This document shows positions 19,094 to 29,838 of a stretch of DNA of 64,000 nt, one piece after another. Every line of letters begins with the position of its first letter. The stretch's first letter is position 1. The translations under genes and the position numbers were made by a program. Source of the stretch: an uncultured Alphaproteobacteria bacterium. Lineage in GTDB: Bacteria; Pseudomonadota; Alphaproteobacteria; Rs-D84. The notes under the pieces were generated by a model. It was not told the origin of the DNA. It saw only the letters and a list, made by a program, of their open reading frames with translations, and made no database searches. The stretch covers positions 205,237-269,236 of the forward strand of contig CALXXY010000001.1 of assembly GCA_944392815.1 (NCBI GenBank). Reading direction: 5' to 3'.

Positions 19094-20173
19094 TTATTGT
19101 TTTAATTCATCGGCCAGTGTCGCAATGGCAATTGCATACCAATTTGAACTGTTCCATTTTTTTATGCGGTAAAAGTTGGGATACGTCAAATACGCATAAA
19201 TCACGGGTTGTGGCGCGACATCCGTGTCAACCGCGTTGGGATCAGTGTTCGCCGTGGCCGACGCAATTGCCGCGGCACGCGCCGCATTTATTGCATTCAC
19301 ATCGGCAACCAAACCGGCCGTCATATCCGCCATGGGAATTGCCGTGCCGTCTGGATTCGTCACACCCATTGCTGCCCATTCTGGTAATGGCCTGCGTGTT
19401 TTGCCGTCCAACAAAGAAATATCAAAATTCCCCGGCAACATAACACGGCGAACTATGCGTTCGTTTGGGTTCCAGCCCAATTTATGCAGATAATTACCCG
19501 CGCTGAACATGGCGTCGCCAACACTGTGAATAATATCTATTTTGCCGTCGCCGTTGCCGTCCGCACCGTATTGTTGCAATGTTGTCGGAATAAATTGAAA
19601 ATGCCCCATGGCGCCCGCCCAACTGCCGTGAATGTCGTTTATATCCAGGCCGTTATCATCGGCTATTTTCATTAACGCCAATAATTGATTGCCGAAAAAA
19701 GTTTCACGACGCCCTTCGTACATTAACGTTAAAAATGCATCTGTTAATTTATGCGCCGCGCGATACGAACCGTAATTCGATTCCAATCCCCAAAAAGCCA
19801 ATATCACATGTGGTTGAACATCGTATTTTTGTTCCACACGCGATAACATTGTCGGATACGTCGCACGCATTTCGCGCCCGTTTTTTATACGACGGGAATT
19901 CACAGTGCGCGCCAAATAATCGTCCAGTGTTAATTTAAATTCCGCCTGATTTCGGTCACTTTTCACAATAGATGGAATAAACGCTGGATATTTCAACGTT
20001 GCGTTAATTGTATCGTCTGATATGCCATTTGACGTGGCACGCGTACGCACATTATCCAAAATATCATACCAGCGACCCACATCGAATGCACCGCGTTCTG
20101 CATGCGCCACAAATGGGAAAAACATCACCATCGCCACGCCCACCAGGCGTGCGATACAACTGCATTTCATCAT
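19094..20173 (-). CDS. mltB: Lytic murein transglycosylase (MltB family)
   Basis: 'AFWGLESNYG', 'GSWAGAMGHFQFIPT', 'DGNGDGKIDI', 'NF..IKKWNSS..YA'. Confidence 0.9.
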   Translation of the reverse strand: MMKCSCIARLVGVAMVMFFPFVAHAERGAFDVGRWYDILDNVRTRATSNGISDDTINATLKYPAFIPSIVKSDRNQAEFKLTLDDYLARTVNSRRIKNGREMRATYPTMLSRVEQKYDVQPHVILAFWGLESNYGSYRAAHKLTDAFLTLMYEGRRETFFGNQLLALMKIADDNGLDINDIHGSWAGAMGHFQFIPTTLQQYGADGNGDGKIDIIHSVGDAMFSAGNYLHKLGWNPNERIVRRVMLPGNFDISLLDGKTRRPLPEWAAMGVTNPDGTAIPMADMTAGLVADVNAINAARAAAIASATANTDPNAVDTDVAPQPVIYAYLTYPNFYRIKKWNSSNWYAIAIATLADELKQ

Positions 20174-20185
20174 ATTGCACCCCCA

Positions 20186-21661
20186 TTAAAACGAGTATTT
20201 CAATCCGACATGCAACCCAAACGATTGCCATATTGCATGATCCAACTGGTCGGAAATTTCCACTGTGCTGGCCGGGACAGTTTCCAAAATCGGCATACCA
20301 TTTTCGTCCAAAATGTAATATCCGTTTTCGTCCAACAGCCAACTGGTGTATTCGGCCAAATACAATTCACCGCCAATCGCGCCGATGTGGAAATAATCGG
20401 TGTCAACCTTGATAGACAACTGCATACGGTCAGAAATTTGATAGTTGTATTCCATTTCTGCGGCGTATGAATATGCACCATTGTCCCCCTCGTCCAGGAA
20501 ACTGGGGTTCTGTTGCCAATCAGTACGGTTTGGCCAGGTCCCCTCGGACGAATATTTGGGCAAACCGACCTGGAAATAAAAACGCAATTTATCCTTTAGC
20601 GTCATTTGTTTTTCCATTTCCAGCCCGATATAAAACCCGGACCATGTAGTATTATAAATGTGCGTTGTACCAGATACAATAATCGGCCCATCGCCACCAA
20701 TAATAACACATTCGCCAGAATCCACACCCCACGGCACGTATCCCATATCTGGGTTATAATCACCCGTCACCAGTGATGTGCCCAATCCCAATATACCGCC
20801 GGAATTCGTTGTTTGGACGAGTTTAATATCCTCGGGCGACATGCAGACCTGGTACCAATCGTCCTGGGGCGTCATGTTGATTGGCACAGAATAATAATTG
20901 CCGTCAACGTCGCCGTATACATAATCACCATTGCTGGTCATCAACGGCAGGTATATGCCCTGGTTCGGGTAATAATGGTCGGACATTTCCAGGTTATGAT
21001 TAAATATTTCATACCCGATTGATGGCGACAATTTCCACCCGCCAATATCCCAAACATGGTGGGCACCCAAACCTATTTTAAAATGATTGGTGCGTCCAGA
21101 TTGATCGCCAACCGATACTGTAAATATTCCGTTATACGGTTCAGACGCATCATACGGTTCCAAATCATAGTCCATGGACATGCCACCATGCGACATGGTT
21201 CCAAAACTGTATTCGCCGTATGCGAACATATCAAAATTGCGAATGCTGAAATTATGACGAATACCAACGCCAATTTCATTGAACACCATATCGTCCCATT
21301 CCAGCACAGAATTCACACCCGTTTTAAATTCAAAATCTGCAAATCTGCGCGTATATGTGGCGTATATAGACGTTCTGTCGTCCACAGGCATTGCAATGCC
21401 GTTTGCGGTCATTGTGCCGGCGGTTGTTGGCAGCGTTGGGCGCGGCACCTGGTACGAAGTGGTGCGCGAACCGACAACCTGTTTATTTCCGGATTGGCCA
21501 ACGTATTGGGTGTATCCCTGGTCAGCATAATTACCGTATGCGGCACGATTTACCGTTGTGGTATCGTTTGTTTGATAATACGAAGGCACCCCCTCGTTCG
21601 ACGCGACGGCCGCAACAGGTGCCAGAATTCCGCATAAAAATGATATTCTTCCTTTCTTCAT
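20186..21661 (-). CDS. Outer-membrane beta-barrel protein, omptin-like
   Basis: Signal peptide, 'SVLEWDDM', 'GGMSMDYD', 'W..RTD', terminal strand 'GLHVGLKYSF'. Confidence 0.55.
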   Translation of the reverse strand: MKKGRISFLCGILAPVAAVASNEGVPSYYQTNDTTTVNRAAYGNYADQGYTQYVGQSGNKQVVGSRTTSYQVPRPTLPTTAGTMTANGIAMPVDDRTSIYATYTRRFADFEFKTGVNSVLEWDDMVFNEIGVGIRHNFSIRNFDMFAYGEYSFGTMSHGGMSMDYDLEPYDASEPYNGIFTVSVGDQSGRTNHFKIGLGAHHVWDIGGWKLSPSIGYEIFNHNLEMSDHYYPNQGIYLPLMTSNGDYVYGDVDGNYYSVPINMTPQDDWYQVCMSPEDIKLVQTTNSGGILGLGTSLVTGDYNPDMGYVPWGVDSGECVIIGGDGPIIVSGTTHIYNTTWSGFYIGLEMEKQMTLKDKLRFYFQVGLPKYSSEGTWPNRTDWQQNPSFLDEGDNGAYSYAAEMEYNYQISDRMQLSIKVDTDYFHIGAIGGELYLAEYTSWLLDENGYYILDENGMPILETVPASTVEISDQLDHAIWQSFGLHVGLKYSF

Positions 21662-21772
21662 GCCTACATTGACAGATATATTCTAGCATAAAAAATATTT
21701 ATATGGAAAGTACTTTTTTTATTTCGCAAATCAAATACTGGATTTTCAATGTTTTTAATATAGAATGCAGGT

Positions 21773-22831
21773 ATGATTCCACCGCATAATATCTATATCC
21801 ATGTTCCGTTTTGCATTTCTAAATGCAATTATTGTGCGTTTTTTTCACGCGCGTGCGAAAATCCGGATTGGCATGAATACGAAAACAATATTTTGCGCGA
21901 AATTGCACACTGGGCGCAATTATTGGGGCGCGTGCATGTGCCGACTGTATTTTTTGGGGGGGGTACACCGTCGCTGATGCCGGTTAAAACATTTGAAAAC
22001 ATTATGTCGGCATTACGCAATTCGTTTTATGTTGATTCTGATTGCGAAATAACATTGGAATCAAATCCTGGCACAATTGACGATGAAAAAATGGCCGGGT
22101 TTATTGATGCGGGCATGAACAGATTATCTGTTGGCGTGCAATCATTAGACGATACAAAATTGCAATTTCTGGGGCGGCGACATAACGCGCGCACAGCGTT
22201 GAATTTATTAAATGCCGCTGTGGCACGAAACATTCGTGTGTCCGCAGATTTTATATACGGATTGCCCGGCGATACAGTGTCCGATGTAATAAAACTGTGC
22301 GGTGATATAAATTCGCTGGGACTGAATCATTGTTCCATGTATGAATTAACCCTGGAACCGGGCACACCATTTGCAAACATGCAATTGCAAATGCCGTCCA
22401 ATGACGAAATGGCCGATATGTATAATGCTGTTGGCGATAATTTATCCATTCCCAGGTACGAAGTTTCAAACTATGCCGCCCCAGGCAATGAATGCAAACA
22501 CAATATGAATGTGTGGGACGGCGCGCCATACGTGGGCATTGGACGTGGCGCGGCCGGGCGCGTTTTAATTGACGACGTGTGGTATGAACAATTGGGTGGT
22601 GGCGTGCGTTTTGAAAAACTGTCGCCCGGTGCGCGCGCGATTGAACGCGTGATTACTGGGCTGCGCATGGTGCGTGGCGTTGGCCTTGACAAAGATGTGA
22701 AAAAAATAATAAATATGGACTATGTTCACGCGCACGGTGATTTAATACGCACAACAGCAAATAACAGATTGGCGGCAACACCGCGTGGCATGTTGGTTTT
22801 GGACGATATAATACTGAATCTGGTGGGGTAA
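21773..22831 (+). CDS. hemW: Radical SAM heme chaperone HemW
   Basis: 'IYIHVPFCISKCNYCAF', 'FFGGGTPS', 'EITLESNP', 'RLSVGVQS', 'YEVSNYA'. Confidence 0.92.
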   Translation: MIPPHNIYIHVPFCISKCNYCAFFSRACENPDWHEYENNILREIAHWAQLLGRVHVPTVFFGGGTPSLMPVKTFENIMSALRNSFYVDSDCEITLESNPGTIDDEKMAGFIDAGMNRLSVGVQSLDDTKLQFLGRRHNARTALNLLNAAVARNIRVSADFIYGLPGDTVSDVIKLCGDINSLGLNHCSMYELTLEPGTPFANMQLQMPSNDEMADMYNAVGDNLSIPRYEVSNYAAPGNECKHNMNVWDGAPYVGIGRGAAGRVLIDDVWYEQLGGGVRFEKLSPGARAIERVITGLRMVRGVGLDKDVKKIINMDYVHAHGDLIRTTANNRLAATPRGMLVLDDIILNLVG

Positions 22832-22832
22832 A

Positions 22833-24830
22833 ATGCAACATAAATTTTTAAACTTAATTGGTATAGTGGCAGTTGTAATCGCTGTCGCAGTGGCATATAT
22901 TATTACACAACCAAAGGGGGAAATTGTTATGAATTCCGGTATTAAAACTGAAAATATGGATTTATCTGTACGGCCTGGCGATGATTTTTATGATTATGCC
23001 ACACGGGGGTGGCGCGCTGCGCATACGATTCCTGCGGACTATACACGATATGGCGCATTTGAAATATTACATGACACAAATTTAAACCGCGTGCGCGAAA
23101 TCGCTGAAAAAGACAACGGGAAAATCGGCACACTGTATAAAATCGCAATGGACGCCGATAAATTAAACGCCGATGGTGTTGAACCAGTCGCACCGTATTT
23201 GTCTGAAATTGATAATATTAAATCAGTGGCGGATTTGCCCGCATACCTGGGGAAAATGCAAAAATTTACGTCTGCATTCTGGGGCGATGGGGTTGGCCTG
23301 GACGAAAAAGACAGCGAATATTATTTATACAATATTGGCCAGGGTGGCATTGGTCTGTCGCGTGATTATTATTTTGACGATGATGAAAAATCTGTGGAAA
23401 TTCGTACTAAATATCGCGAATTTATTGCCAAACAATTGAAAAATTTTGGCATAAATGCCGACGCAAATAAAATCTATGAAACAGAAGAACGCATGGCGCG
23501 CGCATTTTATCCAAAAGAAAAACTGCGCGACCCGGCCGCCAATTATCATAAAATGACTGTCGATGAAGTAAAACAACAATTTCCGAATTTTGATTGGGAC
23601 ACATACCTGGCCGCGCGTGGCGCCACCGCCGCAACGCACATCAATATCAATCAGCCCGAGGCCATCGCTGAATCCATTGCCATCATGAATGATACTGATA
23701 TTGGACTGTTGCGCGATTATTTAAAATACCGCGTTATCAGCGCAGCAGATACTTTGTTGGACGACGATACGTATGAAATATCATTTGATTTTTACAATCG
23801 TACTATGGCCGGACAAATTGAACAAAAACCGCGCTGGAAACGTGCCGTGTCATTACTGGACGGAACATTGGGCGAAGAAATCGGCCGACTGTATGTTCAA
23901 AAATATTTTTCGCCGGCCGCCAAAGAACGCATGCAGGATTTGGTGAAAAATCTGCAACGCGCGTTGGGTATGCGAATTGAAAATCTGACATGGATGTCAA
24001 ATGATACAAAACAGCAGGCGTTGGAAAAATTAAACGCGTTCAAAGCAAAAATCGGATATCCAGATAAATGGCGCGACTATTCCGAATTGGAAATCAGTGC
24101 AGATGCGTCACTGTGGGAAAATATCGTACGCGTGTCTGAATTCGAAGACGCGTTCTGGATTGCCAAAATCGGCCAGAAAAAAGATCCGACCATTTGGTAC
24201 ATGAACGCGCACGAGGTAAACGCTTATTACGACCCCAGCAACAACGAAGTGTGTTTCCCGGCCGGAATTTTGCAGTATCCGTTTTTCGATATGGACGCAG
24301 ACGACGCGTTTAACTATGGCGCAATTGGCAGTGTCATTGGCCACGAAATGACACATGGTTTTGATGATTCAGGGCGTCAATTTGACGCAAATGGTAATAT
24401 GCGCGATTGGTGGACGACCGATGACGCAGATGGATTTGTCACACGCGCCAATGTTATGCGCGACCATTTCAATAAAATCCAGGTTGCACCAAACGTTTAT
24501 GCCAATGGCGAATTTACGTTGGGTGAAAATTTGGCGGACTATGGTGGTGTGACGGTGTCGTATACCGCATATTCCAATTTCGGCACACCGGGCACGGTGA
24601 TTGACGGACTGACACCGTCCATGCGATTTTTCATTGCGTATGCAGGCGTATGGGCCCAGAATATCCGCGATGCCGAAGCGCTGCGTTTAACCAAAATGGA
24701 CGAACATTCATTGGGTCGGTGGCGCGTGAATGGAATATTGCCGCATATAAATGCATGGTATGACGCGTTTGGTGTTGCCCCAGCCGATAAATTATACATT
24801 GCCCCCGAAAACCGCGTGACATTGTGGTAG
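22833..24830 (+). CDS. pepO: M13 zinc metalloendopeptidase (PepO/neprilysin-like)
   Basis: 'PGDDFYDY', 'VNAYY', 'FPAGILQ', 'GHEMTHGFDD', 'GENLAD'; N-terminal anchor. Confidence 0.93.
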   Translation: MQHKFLNLIGIVAVVIAVAVAYIITQPKGEIVMNSGIKTENMDLSVRPGDDFYDYATRGWRAAHTIPADYTRYGAFEILHDTNLNRVREIAEKDNGKIGTLYKIAMDADKLNADGVEPVAPYLSEIDNIKSVADLPAYLGKMQKFTSAFWGDGVGLDEKDSEYYLYNIGQGGIGLSRDYYFDDDEKSVEIRTKYREFIAKQLKNFGINADANKIYETEERMARAFYPKEKLRDPAANYHKMTVDEVKQQFPNFDWDTYLAARGATAATHININQPEAIAESIAIMNDTDIGLLRDYLKYRVISAADTLLDDDTYEISFDFYNRTMAGQIEQKPRWKRAVSLLDGTLGEEIGRLYVQKYFSPAAKERMQDLVKNLQRALGMRIENLTWMSNDTKQQALEKLNAFKAKIGYPDKWRDYSELEISADASLWENIVRVSEFEDAFWIAKIGQKKDPTIWYMNAHEVNAYYDPSNNEVCFPAGILQYPFFDMDADDAFNYGAIGSVIGHEMTHGFDDSGRQFDANGNMRDWWTTDDADGFVTRANVMRDHFNKIQVAPNVYANGEFTLGENLADYGGVTVSYTAYSNFGTPGTVIDGLTPSMRFFIAYAGVWAQNIRDAEALRLTKMDEHSLGRWRVNGILPHINAWYDAFGVAPADKLYIAPENRVTLW

Positions 24831-24914
24831 AGCCACTGCAAAGGGGTACAAACGTTGCCACACTTTGCCCGCGATGACAGTGTGGGGGGATAAGTGGATA
24901 ATCGCGCATTCTCT

Positions 24915-25390
24915 GACCACCCCGGCACTACGTGCCACCCCTCCGCAGAGGGGAACTTTAACCTTCGTCCTGTCGCGCGGGGCCCCCGCAAACACAAATG
25001 TGTTTGTGGGGTGGACAAGGCGGGAATAGGGTCTATAAAAAATTCATATCGCGGTTTTTGTGATAATAAAAATACAACACGGAATTATTCCCCAAATTAA
25101 ATAACTAACAACAACCACAGCCCTATTCCCGCCTGCGCGGGAATGACAAGTTAAGGGAGTAAGTGTTTTTTCTTGAACTCTCTAACCACCCCGCCCTAGC
25201 CACCCACGCGACACGTCGCGCGGGGCCCGGTGTTCGGGCACCCCTCCAATGGAGGAGAACTGGCTGCGCGACGGGACGAAGACCAAGTTCCCCTCTGCGG
25301 AGGGGTGGGCGAAGCCCGGGGTGGTCATTGTACCCCGCGCGTATGCGCGGACATTATCTACACTCTATACTCTACACTCTTCACTCTAAT
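24915..25390. repeat. Cluster of nested REP-like palindromic repeats plus heptamer tandem repeat
   Basis: GACCACCCC..CCCCTCCGCAGAGGGGAACTT (24915-24958) with an inverted copy (25285-25326) and a variant (25184-25261); GGCGGGAATAGGG/CCCTATTCCCGCC inverted pair; GTCGCGCGGGGCCC twice; CT(A/T)(C/T)ACT x4 at about 25358-25387. Confidence 0.75.
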
Positions 25391-25417
25391 AAAAAACGGG
25401 GCGATGCCCCGTTTTTT
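25391..25417. terminator. Bidirectional intrinsic terminator
   Basis: AAAAAACGGGGC-GAT-GCCCCGTTTTT. Confidence 0.7.
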
Positions 25418-25418
25418 A

Positions 25419-27674
25419 TTATTGACCACCGGATTCGGTACCTGTATCGTCGGCGCCTGAACTGGTTGTGCAGTTATCGCCACCCATAATCTCGCAAATC
25501 CATTCGTTTGCACTTTGGACATCAGAAGTTGGGTCGCCTGTCACACCGTTCACACTTTGACATGTTGTAATCATGGACAGACATGCACGTACAGCGATTT
25601 TATTACCCGTGTTGTTGGCACCTTCGTCTGGATCATAGTTGTTTTGCGCCAAACATGATGCGATGTCGGTTATACATTCTTCGGCATAATCGGACAAGAT
25701 TGTATCCTGGGCGGATTTAATCTGGACCAATGTGCGATTCAGGTATTCTTTGACAACCGGATTATCAAACTTGTACGACGTATTTTGACCCGTTCCTTCG
25801 TATGTTAAATCCTGGCACTGGTTCAAAACGGATATGCACATACCGTAATTTTTGCCATCAGAATCATCGTGATATCCGATTTTGTTTTGCAGGAATTCCG
25901 CTATATTAGTTGACGCAGTGGTTTCCGTAGTGCTGGGTTTGTTGGTCCACAATTCGGAATCAATAAAATTACCCAATGTACCGCCCGCACCCCAGGCATT
26001 TAATGAATCGCTGTAATCCCACATGCTGTATATGCTGTCACTCGTATCCGTTGGAATTTGTCCCGGTTCGCCAGGTTTGCTGCCGACAACAATTTCGCCA
26101 TTGACGATGTATTTACCGCTGGGGTCCAGACAGTTTTCATAATCATCGCCGCATACGAAATCGTCCTGCATACATGTATCCAGTGCATTCACGCACCCAC
26201 GCAGGTCATATTGATTCTTTTGCTGGGCAACCATTAAACGTGCACGTTGCAGAACACTTTTCGCGTTACGCACAGTTGCCGACATTTGTTCATTCGAATC
26301 CGTCAGCGCACGTTCGTATTGGATACAGGCCTTGTCAATTTCCAGGTCGTATGAATTGGTGATAATGGTTGTATCAACACCCTGGGCCGCGCAACTGTTC
26401 AGAACAGCGGCCTTGCACCGGGCGGCGGCGGTTTCATACAACTGTTCGCCACGCTGGTTGCTGATACTGTCGTTATTACCACTCATAGATCCCAACAGTG
26501 ACGACAAATCAAATCCAGAACTGTCGATTGTGAAATCCAACAGGCCAGACAAATCAAAACTTAATCCACTGGACGATGATGTTGACGGCGACCCAGATTT
26601 GACGTCGACAATCATATTTTTAATTTTGTCCAAATCGTTTTTCAATTGGCTGTTATCACTGGACGATTGCATTTCCAGTTCGGCCTCGGTCTGGGTGAAC
26701 AGGGTTTCAACCTGGTCCGCGGTCAGGCCAATGTATTGAATTTGCAATGCAACTTCCTGTAAATCTTCGGTTGCTTGTTTTAATGCGGCCTCGGTCTCGG
26801 CATAATTATCCAGATTGGCACTGCAACTGCAACGACCCTGGTTATCGTCCAGAACATTACAGAAATTATCCATACACGCAACATATTGCGATTTACAATA
26901 ATCGGTTAATTGCGCCAATTCGTCAATAGATGTCGTGGATGTCGACACCGCTTCGGACGCGGCGACCGATGATGTCGCGCCGGCCGTCGCAGAACCAACA
27001 CGAATTGTCGGAACGCGCGTTGACACGTTTGCTGTATTTGCCACACCAACACGACCACTGATATACAATGGTGTGTTTACCGTATCCGTTTGAACAATAG
27101 ACGCACGTGCAGTATTTGCATTTGTTTTCACACTGTCACGTGTTGTGACGCCCGGCGTTTTTGTTGCCGCGACATTGCCCGTGGAACGCACAGTCACCGA
27201 CGGACGATTTGAAACTGTATTTGTTGCGGTTGCGCGCGCAGTTGACGCACGTGATTGCGATGTGCGCGACGCAGTTGTTGTTGCCGCACGGGACGTGGTC
27301 GCATTTGTTGTACGCGATGTCGCCGTTGGACGCGCAGATACCGTGCGCGCAGTTGTTGCGCCGGTCACATTACGCGTTGCCACATTACGGGCAGATGTTG
27401 TTGTATTGGAAACAATCGCACGTGATGCCGCAGAACGCCCACTGGTATTGCGCGGGCTGACCGCTGTGGGCACAGACGGGGTCACGGGTTTTGTGGCCGC
27501 AGGTTCATCAGTTTCCTGTTCGGATTCCTGGTCAATTTCGTCGGTGACGAATTCCGCACCCGGCATTTCGTCCGCATACTGCGCCATCAATTCAGCGTAG
27601 TAATATTCGGGCGCAACCTCGGCAAATGCGGGCAAAACCAGCAAACTACTTAATACGGCAATCAATCTTTTCAT
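25419..27674 (-). CDS. Large exported protein: Thr/Ala/Arg-rich linker followed by Cys-rich helical domain
   Basis: Signal peptide MKRLIAVLSSLLVLPAFA; low-complexity region; motifs 'CKSQYVACMDNFC', 'GRCSCS', 'CVNALDTCMQDDFVCGDDYENCLDP'. Confidence 0.75.
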   Translation of the reverse strand: MKRLIAVLSSLLVLPAFAEVAPEYYYAELMAQYADEMPGAEFVTDEIDQESEQETDEPAATKPVTPSVPTAVSPRNTSGRSAASRAIVSNTTTSARNVATRNVTGATTARTVSARPTATSRTTNATTSRAATTTASRTSQSRASTARATATNTVSNRPSVTVRSTGNVAATKTPGVTTRDSVKTNANTARASIVQTDTVNTPLYISGRVGVANTANVSTRVPTIRVGSATAGATSSVAASEAVSTSTTSIDELAQLTDYCKSQYVACMDNFCNVLDDNQGRCSCSANLDNYAETEAALKQATEDLQEVALQIQYIGLTADQVETLFTQTEAELEMQSSSDNSQLKNDLDKIKNMIVDVKSGSPSTSSSSGLSFDLSGLLDFTIDSSGFDLSSLLGSMSGNNDSISNQRGEQLYETAAARCKAAVLNSCAAQGVDTTIITNSYDLEIDKACIQYERALTDSNEQMSATVRNAKSVLQRARLMVAQQKNQYDLRGCVNALDTCMQDDFVCGDDYENCLDPSGKYIVNGEIVVGSKPGEPGQIPTDTSDSIYSMWDYSDSLNAWGAGGTLGNFIDSELWTNKPSTTETTASTNIAEFLQNKIGYHDDSDGKNYGMCISVLNQCQDLTYEGTGQNTSYKFDNPVVKEYLNRTLVQIKSAQDTILSDYAEECITDIASCLAQNNYDPDEGANNTGNKIAVRACLSMITTCQSVNGVTGDPTSDVQSANEWICEIMGGDNCTTSSGADDTGTESGGQ

Positions 27675-27866
27675 GCGAAAACTTCCCTTCTATTACATAT
27701 GATTTTATCATATTGTGCAATTTCGTGCAAATAAAAAAGTCATTTGTCAAACGCTATTTTTTCAACAAATGCAATTATTCCCAATTTATTAAATTATTTA
27801 ATGAATTTGACATTTGACCTGTTTATGGTTATATTGTTATCCTGGACAAATACCAAGGGTGCAAAA

Positions 27867-29456
27867 TTGGCATTTTTAAAAAAAGTTTCTTTGTTTATCT
27901 TTACCCTGCCGTTTATGGGGTGCACGACCATTCCCACAACGACAAATGATGAACGTTTGGCTGATTACACCCCGAAAATTACTGCGGCTGATTTTAATTA
28001 CGATCCCATGCAGACGCCAATTGCGCAATGTTATGCAACAGAATTGTCGCGCGACGATGAAATCAGCGGCGCAACGTTAATCGAAGATGGATTGTCGGCG
28101 TTTGTTATCCGGGCCGCATTTGCGCGCATGGCAACAAAAACTATCGATTTACAGACATACATTTACAGCAACGATTTTTCGTCCAAGGTTTTAATCGGCG
28201 AATTAAAAAACGCCGCCGATCGTGGGGTAAAAATCCGCATTTTGCTGGACGATTATGGAACAAAATCCGACATTGTTGATGTCATGCTGTTGAATCAGCA
28301 CCCGAATATAGAGGTCAAGGTTTTCAATCCTGTTGCAAATCGGTCGCGGTTGTTATATTACCCGCAATTTTTGTTGGATTTTAATCGGCTGAATTCGCGC
28401 ATGCACAATAAACTGTTTATTGTCGACAACGTCGCGTATATAACAGGTGGCCGCAACGTGGGCAGCAATTATTTTTATCCTGAAACAGCGTCGAATTTTT
28501 CTGATACTGACGTGTTGTTCATCGGTGATATGACCAAATACGCAACCGCCAGTTTTGATGAATATTGGAATTACCATCTGTCGATTCCGGCGTCTGTATT
28601 TCCGAACGCAACATCAGAACGTGCAACACGCAAACTGGAACGCAAATTTGACGAAATAGAACGCAAAAGTGCCGATGCTATTCGTGAATACAACAAAATT
28701 ATTTCACTGGCGCAACGCGAATATAAAGATAAAAAATTTGATTTCAGTTGGGGGCACGGAAAATTCCTGGCCGATCCACCGTCCAAGGTTGAAATGTCCA
28801 TGGACGAAAAGGAAAAATATCGTGGTGATATTATCCAGGAATTACAAAAATTGTGGACCCAGACAAATGATTCTGTGTATATGTCTGCGGCGTATTTTGT
28901 TCCCGGCCAGGGCGGTTTGGAACACATGTTGAACGAGGAAAAATCCGGCGTTCACATGACCGTTGTGACGAATTCGTTGGCGTCAACAAATGCGCCAACC
29001 GTGTATGCAAAATGGGAAAAATACCGCAAACAATTAATTGAATCTGGGGCGGACGTGTATGAATTTATGCTGTCGGCGGAAAATCTGCGCGGCCAGCAAC
29101 ACGACCGTGAACGCCACCAATCCAGTTTTTCCGTTATGCACAGCAAAACTATTGTGTTCGACGACGATATTTCGTGGATAGGCAGTTTTAACCTGGATCC
29201 GCGCAGCGCATATTACAACACTGAAAACGTTGCTATTTTTGAAAGTCGTGATTTTGCGGATAAACTGCGCGAAATGATTTTACGAGATACAAAAACATCG
29301 TGGCGCGTGACGTTGGACGCAGATGGCGATCCTGTTTGGACCGGCAGCCGCCCGGGCGATGCGCAACCACGCGTGTATCACCACAGTCCTGATACATCAA
29401 TATTCCGCCGAATATGGAAATGTTTGACCAATTTGGTGCCTGAAAAATTTGTATAA
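27867..29456 (+). CDS. Phospholipase D-family protein (cardiolipin synthase ClsC-like), probable lipoprotein
   Basis: Two HKD motifs 'RMHNKLFIVD' and 'MHSKTIVFD', 'GGRN', 'GSFNLDPRS'. Probable TTG start at 27867 with lipobox-like 'FMGC'. Confidence 0.88.
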   Translation: MAFLKKVSLFIFTLPFMGCTTIPTTTNDERLADYTPKITAADFNYDPMQTPIAQCYATELSRDDEISGATLIEDGLSAFVIRAAFARMATKTIDLQTYIYSNDFSSKVLIGELKNAADRGVKIRILLDDYGTKSDIVDVMLLNQHPNIEVKVFNPVANRSRLLYYPQFLLDFNRLNSRMHNKLFIVDNVAYITGGRNVGSNYFYPETASNFSDTDVLFIGDMTKYATASFDEYWNYHLSIPASVFPNATSERATRKLERKFDEIERKSADAIREYNKIISLAQREYKDKKFDFSWGHGKFLADPPSKVEMSMDEKEKYRGDIIQELQKLWTQTNDSVYMSAAYFVPGQGGLEHMLNEEKSGVHMTVVTNSLASTNAPTVYAKWEKYRKQLIESGADVYEFMLSAENLRGQQHDRERHQSSFSVMHSKTIVFDDDISWIGSFNLDPRSAYYNTENVAIFESRDFADKLREMILRDTKTSWRVTLDADGDPVWTGSRPGDAQPRVYHHSPDTSIFRRIWKCLTNLVPEKFV

Positions 29457-29486
29457 AAATACCGGTATTTACCGGTGTTTTTTTAT

Positions 29487-29648
29487 TCATACAAATCCAC
29501 GATCGGTGCGTTTGGTGCGGCGCTGTTGTCGCGCCAATTCCGCCAAAACAATCGGGGTAATTCTGTCCAGCAATGTTCGCAATTGGCAATACGCATTTAA
29601 TAATTCGTCAAAAATTTCTGATTTAGTTTTCTGTTTTTTCGCCACCAT
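29487..29648 (-). CDS. Small basic hypothetical protein (53 aa)
   Basis: ATG at 29648 preceded by GGGGGAAAT; MVAKKQKTKSEIFDELLNAYCQLRTLLDRITPIVLAELARQQRRTKRTDRGFV. Confidence 0.5.
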   Translation of the reverse strand: MVAKKQKTKSEIFDELLNAYCQLRTLLDRITPIVLAELARQQRRTKRTDRGFV

Positions 29649-29664
29649 ATTTCCCCCAGCCCAT

Positions 29665-29835
29665 AACAAAAAACCACCAGAAAAATCGGGTGGTTGGAGG
29701 TTCGTAGCAATTACCAAGAATTGTGACTTTATTCAATATATTCAAGTCGCCTCCAACCATTAGTTGGAGAGATTTCGTCCCAATGGACGCTTGGCAAGGG
29801 CTACGAATCCCACAATGGCAATACACCATTGCAGT
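29665..29835 (-). ncRNA. Structured leader RNA (multi-stem + terminator) upstream of the small ORF
   Basis: Outer stem 29699-29718 with 29790-29810 encloses three hairpins; terminator-like hairpin AACCACC..GGTGGTT + U-tract at about 29668-29696. Confidence 0.55.
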
Positions 29836-29838
29836 GTT

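Noticed and set aside
24831-25418. CRISPR array, or the short ORFs listed in the track here
   Set aside because: Repeats are inverted and irregular with no constant repeat-spacer period and no cas genes; the ORFs are translations of GC-rich palindromes.
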